A stretch of 63,768 nucleotides of DNA, counting the filler, from Octopus bimaculoides (taxonomy: Eukaryota), in NCBI RefSeq assembly GCF_001194135.2. It is 4 parts of 4 records of this genome, joined end to end, with 100 filler letters (N's around TTAATTAATTAA, not from the genome) between each part and the next. Parts side by side here need not be neighbours in the genome. Positions count along the whole stretch, not along the records: positions 28,107 to 53,603 come from NC_068983.1; positions 53,704 to 59,203 come from NC_069004.1; positions 59,304 to 63,768 come from NC_069002.1; 1 more part is not named here. The stretch is one strand, 5' to 3'. Below, piece after piece: positions 48,700 through 61,587 of the stretch; the first letter of the stretch is position 1, and each line of letters starts with the position of its first letter. Made by a program: the position numbers and the translations under genes. Below the pieces are notes generated by a model that worked only from the letters and a program-made list of their open reading frames with translations, searched no databases and was not told the DNA's origin.

Positions 48700-51600
48700 C
48701 AGAGATTTTAAATCTAGGCAGATACCTTCCAAGTTCTCTGATAAAATCCAGAGTTGGCTAATCTCATCGAATGACAGGTAACATTTAGTCTAATCTTGTA
48801 GAATAAACAATTAAACTGTACTTCCCTCGATCCTTCGTTTGATAAATCTTGAGTTTGCTTCAATGGGTTTCATGTAGAATGCAGGGCATATTTTCAAGCA
48901 TAACAACGAAGAATAGAGAGCTACACATCTTCAAAATTTATTTAGTAAAAAGATTTCCTCCATATTACATTCTCACACGTGCATTCTGTTGAATACGTGC
49001 CTTAGTGCTCTTTGATATAATAGTTTTGAACATTCAATCGATTTATATTTAATCAAATGTAGTACACGTTCTAATCCAGCAGTTGACAGTCCTGTACCGT
49101 TTTATTCAAGGTGTTTCCTATACAAGTGGGTAAAGCGAACTAAAAATTATAATATTTAATATAAGTTCCTTAGATATACACTTGGAAAGGGCATATAAAA
49201 GACTAAAGATTAAGGCAAAAGACAGTGGAGATATTAGGGAAATATGATATGTCCAAAGTTCTAGTTTGTTTTTAACTGAGAATGACTTCTTTAAACATTA
49301 AGACTGCAGATTACAATATTGTCCTTAACAGTAGAACGCTCCTTCAATAGGTTAAGTCTTATTAACTTTACTGACTGCTCACACTAAAAATAATATTAAA
49401 GAAATGGACAGATTTAAACAATAAATAGATAAATAAATAAAAGTTAATATTGTTTTCATCGCTTAACTTTGTTTGTCTACAAGAAAATATCATAATATTA
49501 AAATATTAAAAGATTAAGATCAACAGAATTACATAAAATAAAGCTCTAACAGAATCATGTTTCTTAGTAGAAAAACAATATAATTGAAGGAGTATCCTAA
49601 TAGTCGGAATAGGCGTTAAGTGCTATTTAGTTAAAACTTATATTAAAGAAATGTGTACCTTTCTTTCTAAGTGTGTACAAACTAAAGCTGCTTATTTGGG
49701 TAATATTTAAATGCCTATTTTTATATGAATGTAAACATTTTATTGCTAATTCATTCCATCTGTTGAATAATATGCTTCTTTAAGGCAGAAATCACGTTTC
49801 TGATTCCCTCCAGTACAAGGCAAAGCACTACTAATAATTAATCATTTAATGTCATATGTGGTGTTTTTATCATTTAAAGTCAAATAAGCTTATTTAAAGT
49901 CGCACAATGTTTTCTATATTACGGAAAGAATAATGATTATATAATCGTTTAATGTCCGTCAAACAGGACCCGATGTAATTACTCGAAAGGCCTTCAGCTG
50001 TTACTGCACATTTGTGTAATGAATTATTTGCAAGGTATTGGTTTGCAAGCAGATATGCAAGGTTGCTTCTACAACTACAAGGACATTTGTTTTTCTTAAT
50101 CAGTAATTCTATTTTTATTATAGGAACAGTATTATTTAGTCAGTATTTAGAATTAGGAACTGCATCTAATGTAACGTCCTAGTTGTGCCACTGCATTTAC
50201 TGTCCAGGCCATACCTTTCATAAGGTCTGTGATCTAGGCTCAGCTAACTTCCTTACACCAGATTCAGTAAATTCATTACTGATGCCGTTATCGATACAAA
50301 CATTCACCACGTCTCTGGTCTTATTCATATTATACTCTGAAGCGTCAGGATAGCTATTATTATTACTAGTTGCATTATCATTATTCTATGTATTTGTGTT
50401 ATTAATTACGTTTACAAGGTCCATATTAGCTAATTTTCTAATTTCTTTTTTTTAAATTGTGCAGGGTTGTAATTTGGGCTACGTTTCTAGTTATCGAAAA
50501 ACAGATCTAACCGTGTGCTGATTAAATATGTTACTGTATTTGCTAGATGAGGGAAAATGTTTATGCAGTGCAGCGAAATATTTTCCCCGTATATTTGTGG
50601 CTATCTAAGTCCCTATGACTGCATTATACAACAATTTATGTCTAGATCTAGCTTTACATATAATGGAATAGGTATTATATGTGTTATCTTCCGCATTTTC
50701 ATGTTTATTGCATATTGTCTTATAATATCTTGCAGCATATTCATTATGAGGTTTAATTTGTCATATTATCATCGACCTTCTGGTCACTGTTCATATTACT
50801 ACCATTTTTGTATTAGGTCTAAAGTTTTGTTTATCGTTGTTATGGCTTTTTCTCTATTATGTTTACCTTCCTCATCATCAATAATTTTAACACGTGGTTC
50901 TTCAATTCTATCTTTAGGAATATATGAAATTTTAACCTTATCCAACTTCAGCTAGAGCTTGGTTGTATTATTTTCCATTCTTTTTTAAATATTTTCCGTT
51001 TAGTAGAGAGTCGTGATATACGAAGGGAGACGTTTTAGCGATAGACTTAATAATATTTCAAGGATTATTTGAATTTTTACATATTTAATTAATTTACGTT
51101 AGGTTTGTGATGCGGTTCGTATAGAAACGTATGTAAATTTAAATTAACACCTAGACAATTAACTTTACTATGTTCTTTTTCAATGGAAATAGAAAGACCT
51201 AGAATCTTAAATAATCTAAAATGGTTTTTCTTGGAACATTAGTGTCGTCCCTCTATATTCCTCCTCTTAACTCCCGAAATTCGCTATAAACACATTCTAA
51301 AATATAAGTCAGTTACCTGAAAGGTGTAACAGGAACCTATAAGTATGTAAAAGCCATCTGGTCTATCTTTCAGTACCCAGTATTTTCCTTCAAACTCGAT
51401 TATGGATTTTCTAGCAGCTAATATAATAACTACTTTTTTGTAGATAAGTCAAAGTTCTGCATTGCGAATATAAATGCTTTACTAAGTAAAAATAGGTTAA
51501 TAGATGCATAGAATTAGATATATCTCATTGTATGAATTTAGTCCGTGTTTTATCTTTGATATCAGTAAATAACTTCATACGAACAACACCATAAGATAAG

Positions 51601-51800
51601 TTTGGATATGTGTTTGTCAATAATGAAATTTCAAATTTTGCCTATATCTCACTTAAGAGTGCATATTAGTCTAACAAAGCGATTAGATTTAAAGTTGAGA
51701 TTATGATCCTGCTGGTTTATTCTAGAAGTTCTACAGATGTAAGGTTCTGTCCTATCATCTAGATAGAATCCTTCTACTTATGTATCACCAATTTTGACAA
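48700..51800 (-). pseudogene. Decayed multi-frame coding-like block of unknown origin (viral or large DNA transposon?)
   Basis: Microsatellite-free, with protein-like minus-strand stretches: SIIEFEGKYWVLKDRPDGFYIL; LDKVKISYIPKDRIEEPRVKIIDDEEGKHNREKAITTINKTLDLIQKW; KTRDVVNVCIDNGISNEFTESGVRKLAEP; GTGLSTAGLERVLHLIKYKSIECSKLLYQRALRHVFNRMH. Confidence 0.3.
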
Positions 51801-51820
51801 AACTTGATGCAATATCCCTA

Positions 51821-52005
51821 CTCGATGCGTTCAGTGAAAACGAAAATCTATTTGTACTTTTTGGCGCAACATCCGGGAACTAACTCGATCTACTGCTGCG
51901 AACATTTTAACGCGGGTGGCGTCAACTTCAACTCTGAGGATTTTGCCCACGTGGCATTAGATTTGACAGGAAAAATGAAGTCGGATACTTTTTGAACGCA
52001 CCACG
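51821..52005. mobile_element. Mariner-type MITE with degenerate TIRs
   Basis: TA-flanked; right end reverse complement TA|CGTGGTGCGTTCAAAAAGTATCCGACT is mariner-like; left end TA|CTCGATGCGTTCAG partly matches it. Confidence 0.5.
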
Positions 52006-53039
52006 TATATATGTGTGTGTGTTTGTGTGTGTATAAAATCTTTATTTTATATAAAGTTATATATAAAATCAGACCATTAAACATTGATGTGAAGCATCAA
52101 TTCATATTTTCACACGCACATCATATTTATTCATTTTTGAAAGGAAAAGATTCATGGTGGCTTCTAAATTTCAGTTTACTTGCTGCCATCAAGTTTTGAT
52201 TTAGTGAAGCTCTTCAAGCTTCCTATAAATATTTTGGAGAAGTAGCAAGTTATCTGGTTCTTAGAATGATGTAATGCAAAATACATGTGATATAAATCAG
52301 TTAGTAAAAGAGGCGGTTGCATAAATAGGAGAATGAAAGAGTGGAAAAATAGTATATATTTCTAGGGTAAATAATTGGTATATAAATGTTTGTATATAGC
52401 TGTGTACATCTATTCAGGTATAAGAGTCTATACCTTTCAAATAAGAATATGCATTAACGAGCTGATGTACGTATATAGGCGTGTATTATATATGCGTATG
52501 TGTGTGTGTACATACATACACACGCACACACACACACACACACACTGACATATATATATATATAAAGATATGTAAATATTTACATATATGTGTGTACATA
52601 GGTCAGATTATTTTCAGACCTGGCGATCGAGTAATACATGCGTTAGCGCGCGCATATGCGTGCGATTATTTATTGAGTGCACACAGAACAGTGAGAATCC
52701 AAATAATAAAATATGCATTTTTAATAGGCTGCGGCTGATGTGTGTTATCCGATTTGTTTTCATAGCATATCAGTGTAAGAGGATGAAATGACGGTGTTGT
52801 TTCCATCTTGTTGTGTGTCTATTCAGGCGAAACTGTCATCTGTAATGAGAGATAAACTCTCGTTTCTAAGGAATCAGTGGGCAAAACACTTGTGGATTTT
52901 TGCTGGTGTCTACCAAACAGCCAATGAAGTATGATGCGCCTGCGTAGTAGCGAATATCCAAACAATAACTGAATCATTCATTTTGAATACATTCAGGCTG
53001 ATTCGGGCGTGAATATCTACTTCTGATCTTTGCGCCACA

Positions 53040-53603
53040 TGGGCTCAACTCCCCTCCCCTCTTCATCTAATCCCCTCCTCCTGCCTCTCTCCCCCACCCT
53101 CCCTCCTATCACCCCTACTCTTTCTCTCCTCTCTCTTACTCTCTCTCACTCTCTTCTCTCGTACTCCCCCTCTCTTACTCTTACTCTCTACACTCTTACT
53201 CTCTCACCCTTACTCTCTCACTCTCACTCTCTTCTCTCTTTCCCCCTCTCTCACTCTCTCTCACTCTTACTCTCTACACTCTTACTCTCTTACTCTCTCA
53301 CCCTTACTCTCTCACCCTTACTCTCTCACTCTCTTTTCTCTTTCCCTCTCTCTCACTCTCTTCTCTCTCACTCTCTTTCTCTTCCTCTCTTTCTCCCCCC
53401 ATACCCACCTTCCACCTCTCTTACATCCGCCTTCCATCTCTTATACCCACACTCTCTCATCTCTTCCTCTCTTTCTCTCCCCTCTCATACCCACCCTCCC
53501 CCTCTCTTACATCTACCTTCCCCTTCCCCCTTCATCGTCAACACCCCCCATAAGCTCATCCCACCACACCCCAACACACTCCTACTCTACCTTCCCACTC
53601 CAC
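53040..53603. repeat. CT-rich low-complexity/degenerate tandem region
   Basis: Reiterated CTCTCACTCTTACTCT-type units running into an N gap. Confidence 0.85.
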
Positions 53604-54504
53604 NNNNNNNNNNNNNNNNNNNNNNNNNNNNNNNNNNNNNNNNNNNNTTAATTAATTAANNNNNNNNNNNNNNNNNNNNNNNNNNNNNNNNNNNNNNNNN
53701 NNNAACCTATTTATAGATGGTGGAAAGGGATTGAGAGAAACGACGTAGTCTGTATGCGTAGGTGGTGTTGTTGTGAATTAGAGAGTAGAAGAAATATATT
53801 TGGGGGTATATATATGTGGTGAAATGATCGAAAGGAAATAATCCTATTCAAAAGATGGTAAAAGATGGATGTTTTTGCCAGGTTGAATAGGTTGCCTGTT
53901 GGGGGTCGTGTAATTATGTTGCGTGATCGTTTGTGCAATTTTGCTTGTGATAGAACTTAAATGTGTGGAAAGAACGGTGATTGCAGTTGCTAAACGCTTC
54001 GTTATATCGATTAAGTAGAGTGGGAGAATTGTATTTTAAAATATGGAACGCCTCCGTTAGGCAAAGCTTGCAGTTGGAGCGCTGGCCCCGGTATGGAGTT
54101 CCAGAATCTAAGATGACTGGAAGAAGGTTCTATCCGTTTCCTTACTACAATTTTGATCTTTGCTAGGTTAACTTTAAGGCCATTTGCCAGTCCTGTGAGG
54201 GTAAGACTTTTAATTAACTGTTACAGGACTCGAAATTGTGGTATTCAACTTTACATAACCCCTGACAAACTCCTTTCTATCAGAAGAGATAAAGTTAGCG
54301 GACTATTTGTATGGCGGTGGGTCACTGAGAATGAAGTAAACATCTGACTGTCAAGGCCTCAGACATCATTTATTAAATGATTTATTTCCTCGGTTCTCTT
54401 GATGTGGCTCTCGCATCAATATTGCAATAGAGGAATTAAGTCGTTTGTATGCGCTAACATCTTGGCAACTCCCCACCCTATAGACACTCGCACACATATA
54501 TACG

Positions 54505-54567
<63 letters not shown>

Positions 54568-54576
54568 ACTGACACA

Positions 54577-54671
<95 letters not shown>

Positions 54672-55202
54672 GTGTGTATATTTATATATATATATATATA
54701 TCTGCACACGAATATGTGTATGTATATCACCATTAATGCGTATTTTGTGTGTGCATGTGCTTGTGTACATATACATAGACACACACACACAGACACACAC
54801 ACATACATACACATATATATATATATACATACATATATATATACATACACACAGACCGAACCAACACATACAAAGTTGCCCACACAGATATACACGGGTT
54901 TGCCCCTCTCTGAATTATATTTAACTGTGCTTTCACGTGCATCAATATACCAGTATCTGTTGTTGTTGTTGTTGTTGTTGTTGGTGGTGGTGGTGTTTGT
55001 ATTGTTGTGTATGTCTTTGTGTGTATGTGTGTATGAGATGCCTTTTCTTAATTCTCCAGCCCGTGGTCTTTCGCATTACTTCAACCCCAACTAATCTGAT
55101 TGTTGTTTCTTGTATAACTGAAATCCTCGATGTTGTCTCACTTACTCAGAAATCGTCGCGTAGTGATTAGCTTCTTGAGTAGAGAGAGAAAGAGCGAGAG
55201 AG

Positions 55203-55246
<44 letters not shown>

Positions 55247-55549
55247 ACTGGTCGAAGAGAGGCGGTCTAGAAGAGATAATGAACAGAAAAAATACATAAA
55301 TACATACGTACACACATGCAAATATACATATGTGCATATACATACAGGCATACATGCATGAATGCNNNNNNNNNNNNNNNNNNNNNNNNNNNNNNNNNNN
55401 NNNNNNNNNNNNNNNNNNNNNNNNNNNNNNNNNNNNNNNNNNNNNNNNNNNNNNNNNNNNNNNNNNNNNNNNNNNNNNNNNNNNNNNNNNNNNNNNNNNN
55501 NNNNNNNNNNNNNNNNNNNNNNNNNNNATATATATATTTAAGGATAAGG

Positions 55550-55609
<60 letters not shown>

Positions 55610-56404
55610 AAGAGAGAGTGAGAGAGAGAGAGGGAAGAAAAAATGACAGGAGAAGGGAAATTATACTTGTGGTGGCGAGATCCGATGTAGGAAAAAAAGA
55701 AAAGAAGCAAAAAGGAACAGCTGACATTCTGAGCAATAATTTTCTATAGGAAGTCGCCATCTTGTTACGAAAATTTACTTGTTAGTTCATCATCCTTTAA
55801 AAGTTCCGCCTTCAGCATTTATAACTAAAACCAGTTGTCGGCTGAATATTGATTAATGACCGATCATATAGTGCCACGAAGAACGCTGCAAGAAAATGGC
55901 AGAGTGAATTGAGTTGTTATCGATGAGGAAAGATTGCGATGCCATTCTTAAAGTGGAATGAATTCATAATGGAAGAGGATTACATTGAAAATTAATCACT
56001 TTTGTTTGTCAGAAAACACGGAAATACGTTTAGGAAGAAAATATCTTTTATGTCCGTTAGCATATGAAATGTGTAAGTGATAATAATGTCAGCGACTCGT
56101 CATGTGTCTTCCGTGAGGTGCTTAACATGACGGACTGGGGCGGCTCTGATCGAATATGGAAGCCAAGTATGAAAGAGAGAGAGAGAGGCGGAGAGAGAGA
56201 GGGAGGGAGAGACTGAGAGAAATAGATGGAGACAGAGACAGAGAGTGGGCTGTTTGACAGAGAAAGAAAAAAGGAGATGAGGAGATGGAGAGAAAGGGAA
56301 AATATACAATAAGAAAAAAGATGAGAAAGAAAAAAAGAAAAGGTAAAAATACGACGGAGTAGTAGAGTTAGTAGAACCAGCAGTAGCAGTAGTAATAATA
56401 ATGA

Positions 56405-56463
<59 letters not shown>

Positions 56464-56478
56464 AAATATTGAGAAAAA

Positions 56479-56782
56479 GGAATCATGGCTCAATGGTTAG
56501 AATGTCGAGCTTACGATCACGAGGTTGTTAGTTCGAATCCCGGACCGAGCTGCGTGTTGTGTTCTTGAGCAAGACACTTTATTTCACGTTGCTCCAGTTC
56601 ACTCAGGTGTAGAAATGAGTTGCGACGTCACAGGTGCCAAGCTGTATCGGCCTTTGCCTTTCCCTTGGATAACACTGGTGGCGTGGAGAGGGGAGGCCGG
56701 TATGCATGGGCGACTGCTGGTCTTCCATAAACAACCTTTCTAGGTGCAATCCCATGGTCAGTCATGACCGAAGGGGGTCTCA
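56479..56782 (+). mobile_element. tRNA(Arg-ACG)-like SINE family B, near full length, RTE-type tail
   Basis: A box TGGCTCAATGG 56486-56496; B box AGTTCGAATCC 56530-56540; CORE-like GTGTTCTTGAGCAAGACACTT; tail CCATGGTCAGTCATGACCGAAGG 56752-56774. Confidence 0.9.
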
Positions 56783-57092
56783 GCATACGTAAACATTAAT
56801 TGTCTGAAAGTCTTCAGTTTTTGGTTCCTCTCTTTTTGTATGTATATACATATATACATATTTTGTACATCAAACTCAAGCTGTTACATNNNNNNNNNNN
56901 NNNNNNNNNNNNNNNNNNNNNNNNNNNNNNNNNNNNNNNNNNNNNNNNNNNNNNNNNNNNNNNNNNNNNNNNNNNNNNNNNNNNNNNNNNNNNNNNNNNN
57001 NNNNNNNNNNNNNNNNNNNNNNNNNNNNNNNNNNNNNNNNNNNNNNNNNNNNNNNNNNNNNNNNNNNNNNNNNNNNNNNNNNNNNNNNNNNN

Positions 57093-57257
57093 CACGGTGG
57101 GCTTCTTTTCAGTTTCTGTCTATCAAATCCATTCACAAGGCTTTGGTATCGAAGCTATACTAGAAACCACTTGCTCAATGTAACTCGCAGTGAGACTGAA
57201 CCCGGAACCATGTGCTTGGGATTGAAACTTTTTACCACACAGCTTCGCCTGCTCCTA
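57093..57257 (-). mobile_element. SINE family D head
   Basis: Reverse complement TAGGAGCAGGCGAAGCTGTGTGGTAAAAAG...ATGGTTCCGGGTTCAGTCTCACTGCG. Confidence 0.8.
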
Positions 57258-57899
57258 TTATATGTTTTTATACGTAAAGCAAAGATTAAATATTTGAATC
57301 CAAATAAGGTTTAGAATTTTGTATTGTATTAAATGTGAAGGCACCCTTTTAATGTTTATGGTGTTGGGTTTGTCCATTCAATTATTGGAATGGGCCACGC
57401 GTTGAATACTTGAGCAAAACATCCATTTCGATTTACTCTTAGATATTCAACTACAATTGAGTAGCGGCAACAGGAGGAAATAAATCCTGCGACGGGGCGG
57501 TGTCCAGCTCAACAGAAACTCTTGCAATCTTCGTGACCCAAATACCACGAAAATTCTGAGAACTTCCAGCCTCGTGAGGATCTGGTTCGAGGCAGAGTTT
57601 TATTTCTTTATGAAAGGAATTTTCTTTTATCATCTGAATTAATCTCCTACCTAAAGCTTCGAGTTGAGGGCTTACATCTAATGAATGGTAGATATTCTAC
57701 ATTAACATATATATATTTTTTCCACTATCCGAATACGTATATCTTGATACTTTATCTCACCAATTCAGCTAACAGAACTTTAGTGATGTTAAGCCAAAGT
57801 TATTCACAGCCATGCATGAAGATGGACGTTGAGAAAAAACAAAACAAATAAAACTTAAGAGACAGTAAGAGATACATTCGGGCGTATAGCTGCACGCAC

Positions 57900-58118
57900 C
57901 TAAAAGCATTTCGGAGATTTTCATCTGAGAAATTCCTTCCCTATGAGATTCGGTCCCATTCCTGGCATTAAACATCGCTTGGTTGTCGGCAAGTAACGGT
58001 ACTTGCTTATGTGGTGGAAATATTGCATTAGCCCTGGGATTTTCCAAGAGATTGCGTTCACCAAACTTTAATCCTTTAATTATTTTATGCGCGAACGCTC
58101 GTGCACAGCCATAGAACC
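57900..58118 (-). CDS. Candidate symmetric (phase 1-1) coding exon of an unidentified gene
   Basis: CTACAG acceptor, 219 nt open (FYGCARAFAHKIIKGLKFGERNLLENPRANAIFPPHKQVPLLADNQAMFNARNGTESHREGISQMKISEMLL), donor G|GTGCGT; lies within a 123-aa ORF. Confidence 0.35.
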
Positions 58119-58331
58119 CTGTAGCATGCATTTTGTTCATGTTTTGTTATTTGCATATAATTATTTATGCGATTTCATATATTTTTGACGCCACACATGG
58201 TCCATGGAGTCGTGAGTTCAGAAGTTCATATACATGTTTTTTAGGTTTTTTTTCTTTGAATCACGTGATAATTCTATGAAATCTCATTAATAATTACATG
58301 CGCATACTTGCCCTATATATCCACAAATACA

Positions 58332-58382
<51 letters not shown>

Positions 58383-58497
58383 TATATATATATAAAGATA
58401 AATAAATTGGAAAGGCCTGTCTAATAATTTTACTACTTTTATAATTGGTCACTAAAATACCTCATGATTTATAAACATTTAATTATAGGCTTCAGCT

Positions 58498-58795
58498 ATG
58501 AGCACAAGGCCAGCAATTTCGGGTTTAGGGGAAAATCGACTGCATAAACCCCACTGCACGATTGGTACTAATTTTATCGATCCTGAAAGGATAAAAGGCA
58601 AAGTGGATCTCAGCGGCATTGGAATCCAAGACGTGAAGTCGGTTGAAATGCCGGTAGGCATTTTGTCCGATGCTGTAACGATTCTTCCAGCTTTTCACCT
58701 TATAGCATCTAATTATTCATTTTTACTATAGGAAAGTCGACCTCGGCGGAGTTTGAACCCAGAACCTAAAGAGGGACGAAATGCTGCGAACCACT
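58498..58795 (-). mobile_element. SINE family A plus a second fragment (58732-58790)
   Basis: AGCACAAGGCC...AATCGAC...TTGGTACT...ATCGATCCTGAAAGGATAAAAGGCAAAGT; then AAAGTCGACCTCGGCGGAGTTTGAACCCAGAAC. Confidence 0.8.
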
Positions 58796-58844
58796 AACAC
58801 AAGCGCCTCCACATGCCTTTTATCACCTAATTGTTTGTCATTTG

Positions 58845-59480
58845 ATTCGACCATGTTGGGGCACCATCTTCAAGGGTTTTTAGTCGAATAAATCGACCCC
58901 CAAGAATTTCTTAAGCATAGCACTTATTCAATCGGTTCTTTTGCCGAACCGCTAAGTTACAGGGATGTAAACACACCAACACTGGTGGTCAAGCGGTGAT
59001 GGTTACAAATATGGACACGAAGACGCACACATACACACATATATATAATATACTACACGCATATTTCAGTTTCCAACTACAAATTTTACTCACAAGATTT
59101 TGGTTCGTCCGACGCTATAGTAAGAGTAATGTGATTGGGAAGCAAGCTTACTATACAGCCATGCCTATGCCTATGTATATATGTATACATATATATATAT
59201 ATANNNNNNNNNNNNNNNNNNNNNNNNNNNNNNNNNNNNNNNNNNNNTTAATTAATTAANNNNNNNNNNNNNNNNNNNNNNNNNNNNNNNNNNNNNNNNN
59301 NNNTATATATATAATGGGCTTCTTTCTGTATTCCTCTACCAATTTATAAGGCTTTAGTCAGCCTAGAGCTAAAATAGAAGACACTTGTCTAAGGTGTCTC
59401 AGCAGAGAATTCAACCCAAAACTATATGGTTGGGAAGTTGGGAAGGAAATTTCTTAACCATGCAGCCACACCGACACCTA
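58845..59480 (-). mobile_element. SINE family D split by microsatellite and gap (tail 58845-58998, head 59316-59480)
   Basis: GCCGAACCGCTAAGTTAC...GGTCAAGCGG tail and GGGCTTCTTTC...GACACTTGTCTAAGGTG...GCAGCCACACCGACACCTA head, colinear with 62720-63003. Confidence 0.7.
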
Positions 59481-59668
59481 CATATATACATACATGTGTG
59501 TGTGTGTGTTTGTGTGTGTGTTTGTGTGGGTTTCTATTTCTCACTTGTTGAGACAGCCTTCACAAGACAAAGACAGCTTTAAGTGGAAGAGATTGACATT
59601 GTCTTTCTGATGTTGACTTATTAGTAAGCACTAGATGCATACATAAACAGGCCACCAGAGAACTATTT

Positions 59669-59704
<36 letters not shown>

Positions 59705-59971
59705 CACTACTACTACTTTCTTTACCTCCAAAAGAAAATCTAGCGACCTTTATATGGTGACCATGAAAAAGCTATTATAAGAGGAAAGTCAACTGAGACA
59801 AAAACAGAATTTAAACAACTGCATAGGTTGTGTGTTTGTTTGGGTTTTTTTTAACTTATGAAAAACCAAACGTATTGATCTTCATGAAATGTTCTTGTAC
59901 ACAGATGCACAGAAGAATTTGGTGTTCCACATAGGAATCACTAACGAGCATACCTACAGTGCAGCACTTAC

Positions 59972-60025
59972 AAACAGGCTTTCTAAGTCATCTATATTTA
60001 CTGCAAGCCTCCTCAGTAAAACAAC
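59972..60025 (-). CDS. Candidate 54-nt phase 0-0 exon
   Basis: GACAG|VVLLRRLAVNIDDLESLF|GTAAGT; only one frame is open; consensus donor. Confidence 0.3.
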
Positions 60026-60318
60026 CTGTCAGCTAGGTATCTATCTCACTACGAATACCTGTTGTAGATGGTGATGGGGGAACAAACAAGCAAACAAACA
60101 AAAAAAAAAAACCCTTTAGTTTATTATTAATGTTTCTCCCGACTATTTTTAAACCCAAATTCTGTCGTGTTACTTCAGAGTATTTTCTGTAAGTGCTACA
60201 TACGGTACACAACTTGCTTACTACTAAAAACAAACTTCGAAGTAACAATAAACTTTGTCTTCTTTTCCCTACCTCCGTATGTTTATGCATGTGTGTGTTT
60301 ATGGGTTTGTGTATTTGT

Positions 60319-60353
<35 letters not shown>

Positions 60354-61117
60354 TTAGGGAAAAGAACCAAGTTTCATGAACTCATCGATGAAAATCCACT
60401 ATCACATATAGAAAAAATAATAATTAAAAGCACAATAAATGAGTATAATATAATACAAAGTAAATATCATAAGATAAAGATAATAAAGATATATATGCAA
60501 ATAGAGAGAGAGAGATAAATATATATACACATACACACATATACATATCTTTGAGATAGGTAAAAGAGAGGGAGAGGAAGATGCCATGGCTACACAAACT
60601 AAGCTAGCAGTTTCAATGGTAGAAGTTAATCCTGTTTGTTGCAGCAGAGACAAACAACAGTAACACGCATACAGCTCACAAACAGACGTTGCCCCTTTTT
60701 CTTTCTTTGTCAAACAAATTGCTAGTTGTTAGTCATTGTCCAAACCGTCATCGCGTTACATCCATTTTCCACTCTGGGTCAAAGCAGCTGACAGATTGAA
60801 GAACCAAGTCTTGCTCCAATACCTAAGTTTTCCATGCTTGATGCCCTTCCTAACACCAACCAACATACAGAGGTATACTGGAAGCATTTTTTTCACGGCA
60901 CCAGCACTATAGAGGTTGTCTTGTCCTCTCAAGACAGTTGTTGCTGCTCAGTTCAATTTACGAACCATTTACAGAATGTAGTGAATGCTTTTTCCATGGA
61001 ACTAGCACTTGTGGAGTCACCTTGTAACTTTCAAAACAAAAGACAGCCCCACCCACTCTGCCACAACTGAAAGAGAAGAAGTTAATTACAAATGTACATC
61101 ATTATTATAAATAAAGC

Positions 61118-61342
61118 AAGGCAGCGAGCTGGCAAGACCGTTAGCACGCTGGACGAAATGATTAGCAGTATTTGGCCCATCGCTACATTCTGAGTTCAAA
61201 TTCTGCCATGGTCAACTTTGCCTTTCATCCTTTTGAGGTCGATAAATTAAGTAACAGCTGCGTACTGGGGTCAATCTAATCGACTGCCCCCCCTCCCCCA
61301 AAATTTCAGGCCTTGTGCCTATAGTAGAAAGGATTATTATTA
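61118..61342 (+). mobile_element. SINE family A, full length, (ATT)n tail
   Basis: AAGGCAGCGAGCTGGCAAG head, GAGTTCAAATTC B box, GCCTTTCATCCTTTTGAGGTCGATAAA centre, GGCCTTGTGCCTATAGTAGAAAGG-(ATT)n end. Confidence 0.9.
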
Positions 61343-61344
61343 AT

Positions 61345-61587
61345 AAAGCAGTGAGATGGCAGAATTGATGCTGCACGGGAAAAAATGCATAGTGGCATTT
61401 CATCAGTCTTTGCATTCTGAATTCAAACTTCACTGAGGTCGACTTTAGCTTTGATCCTTTCGGGATCAATAAAATAAGTACCAGTTGAGCACTGGGGTCG
61501 ATGTAATTGACTTATCCCCTCCCACTGAGCTTGATGGCCTTGAGCCAAAATTTAAAATGATTATTATTAGTATTATTATTATTATTA
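61345..61587 (+). mobile_element. SINE family A, second tandem copy
   Basis: Same layout; begins in the tail of the previous copy; (ATT)n at 61560-61587. Confidence 0.85.

Noticed and set aside
50868-50951. AG...G|GTAAAC exon reading of the LDKVKISYIPK segment
   Set aside because: The frame stays open well past the donor, and the segment fits better as part of the decayed 48.7-51.8 kb coding block.
56479-56550. tRNA-like sequences with A and B boxes (also 18026, 31510, 45400, 61118)
   Set aside because: No complete cloverleaf or acceptor stem, and each continues into a SINE body; these are SINE heads, not tRNA genes.
60120-60175. GLKIVGRNINN (minus) resembling the RTE RT segment before YADD
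   Set aside because: An 11-residue similarity with no continuation into the catalytic motif.
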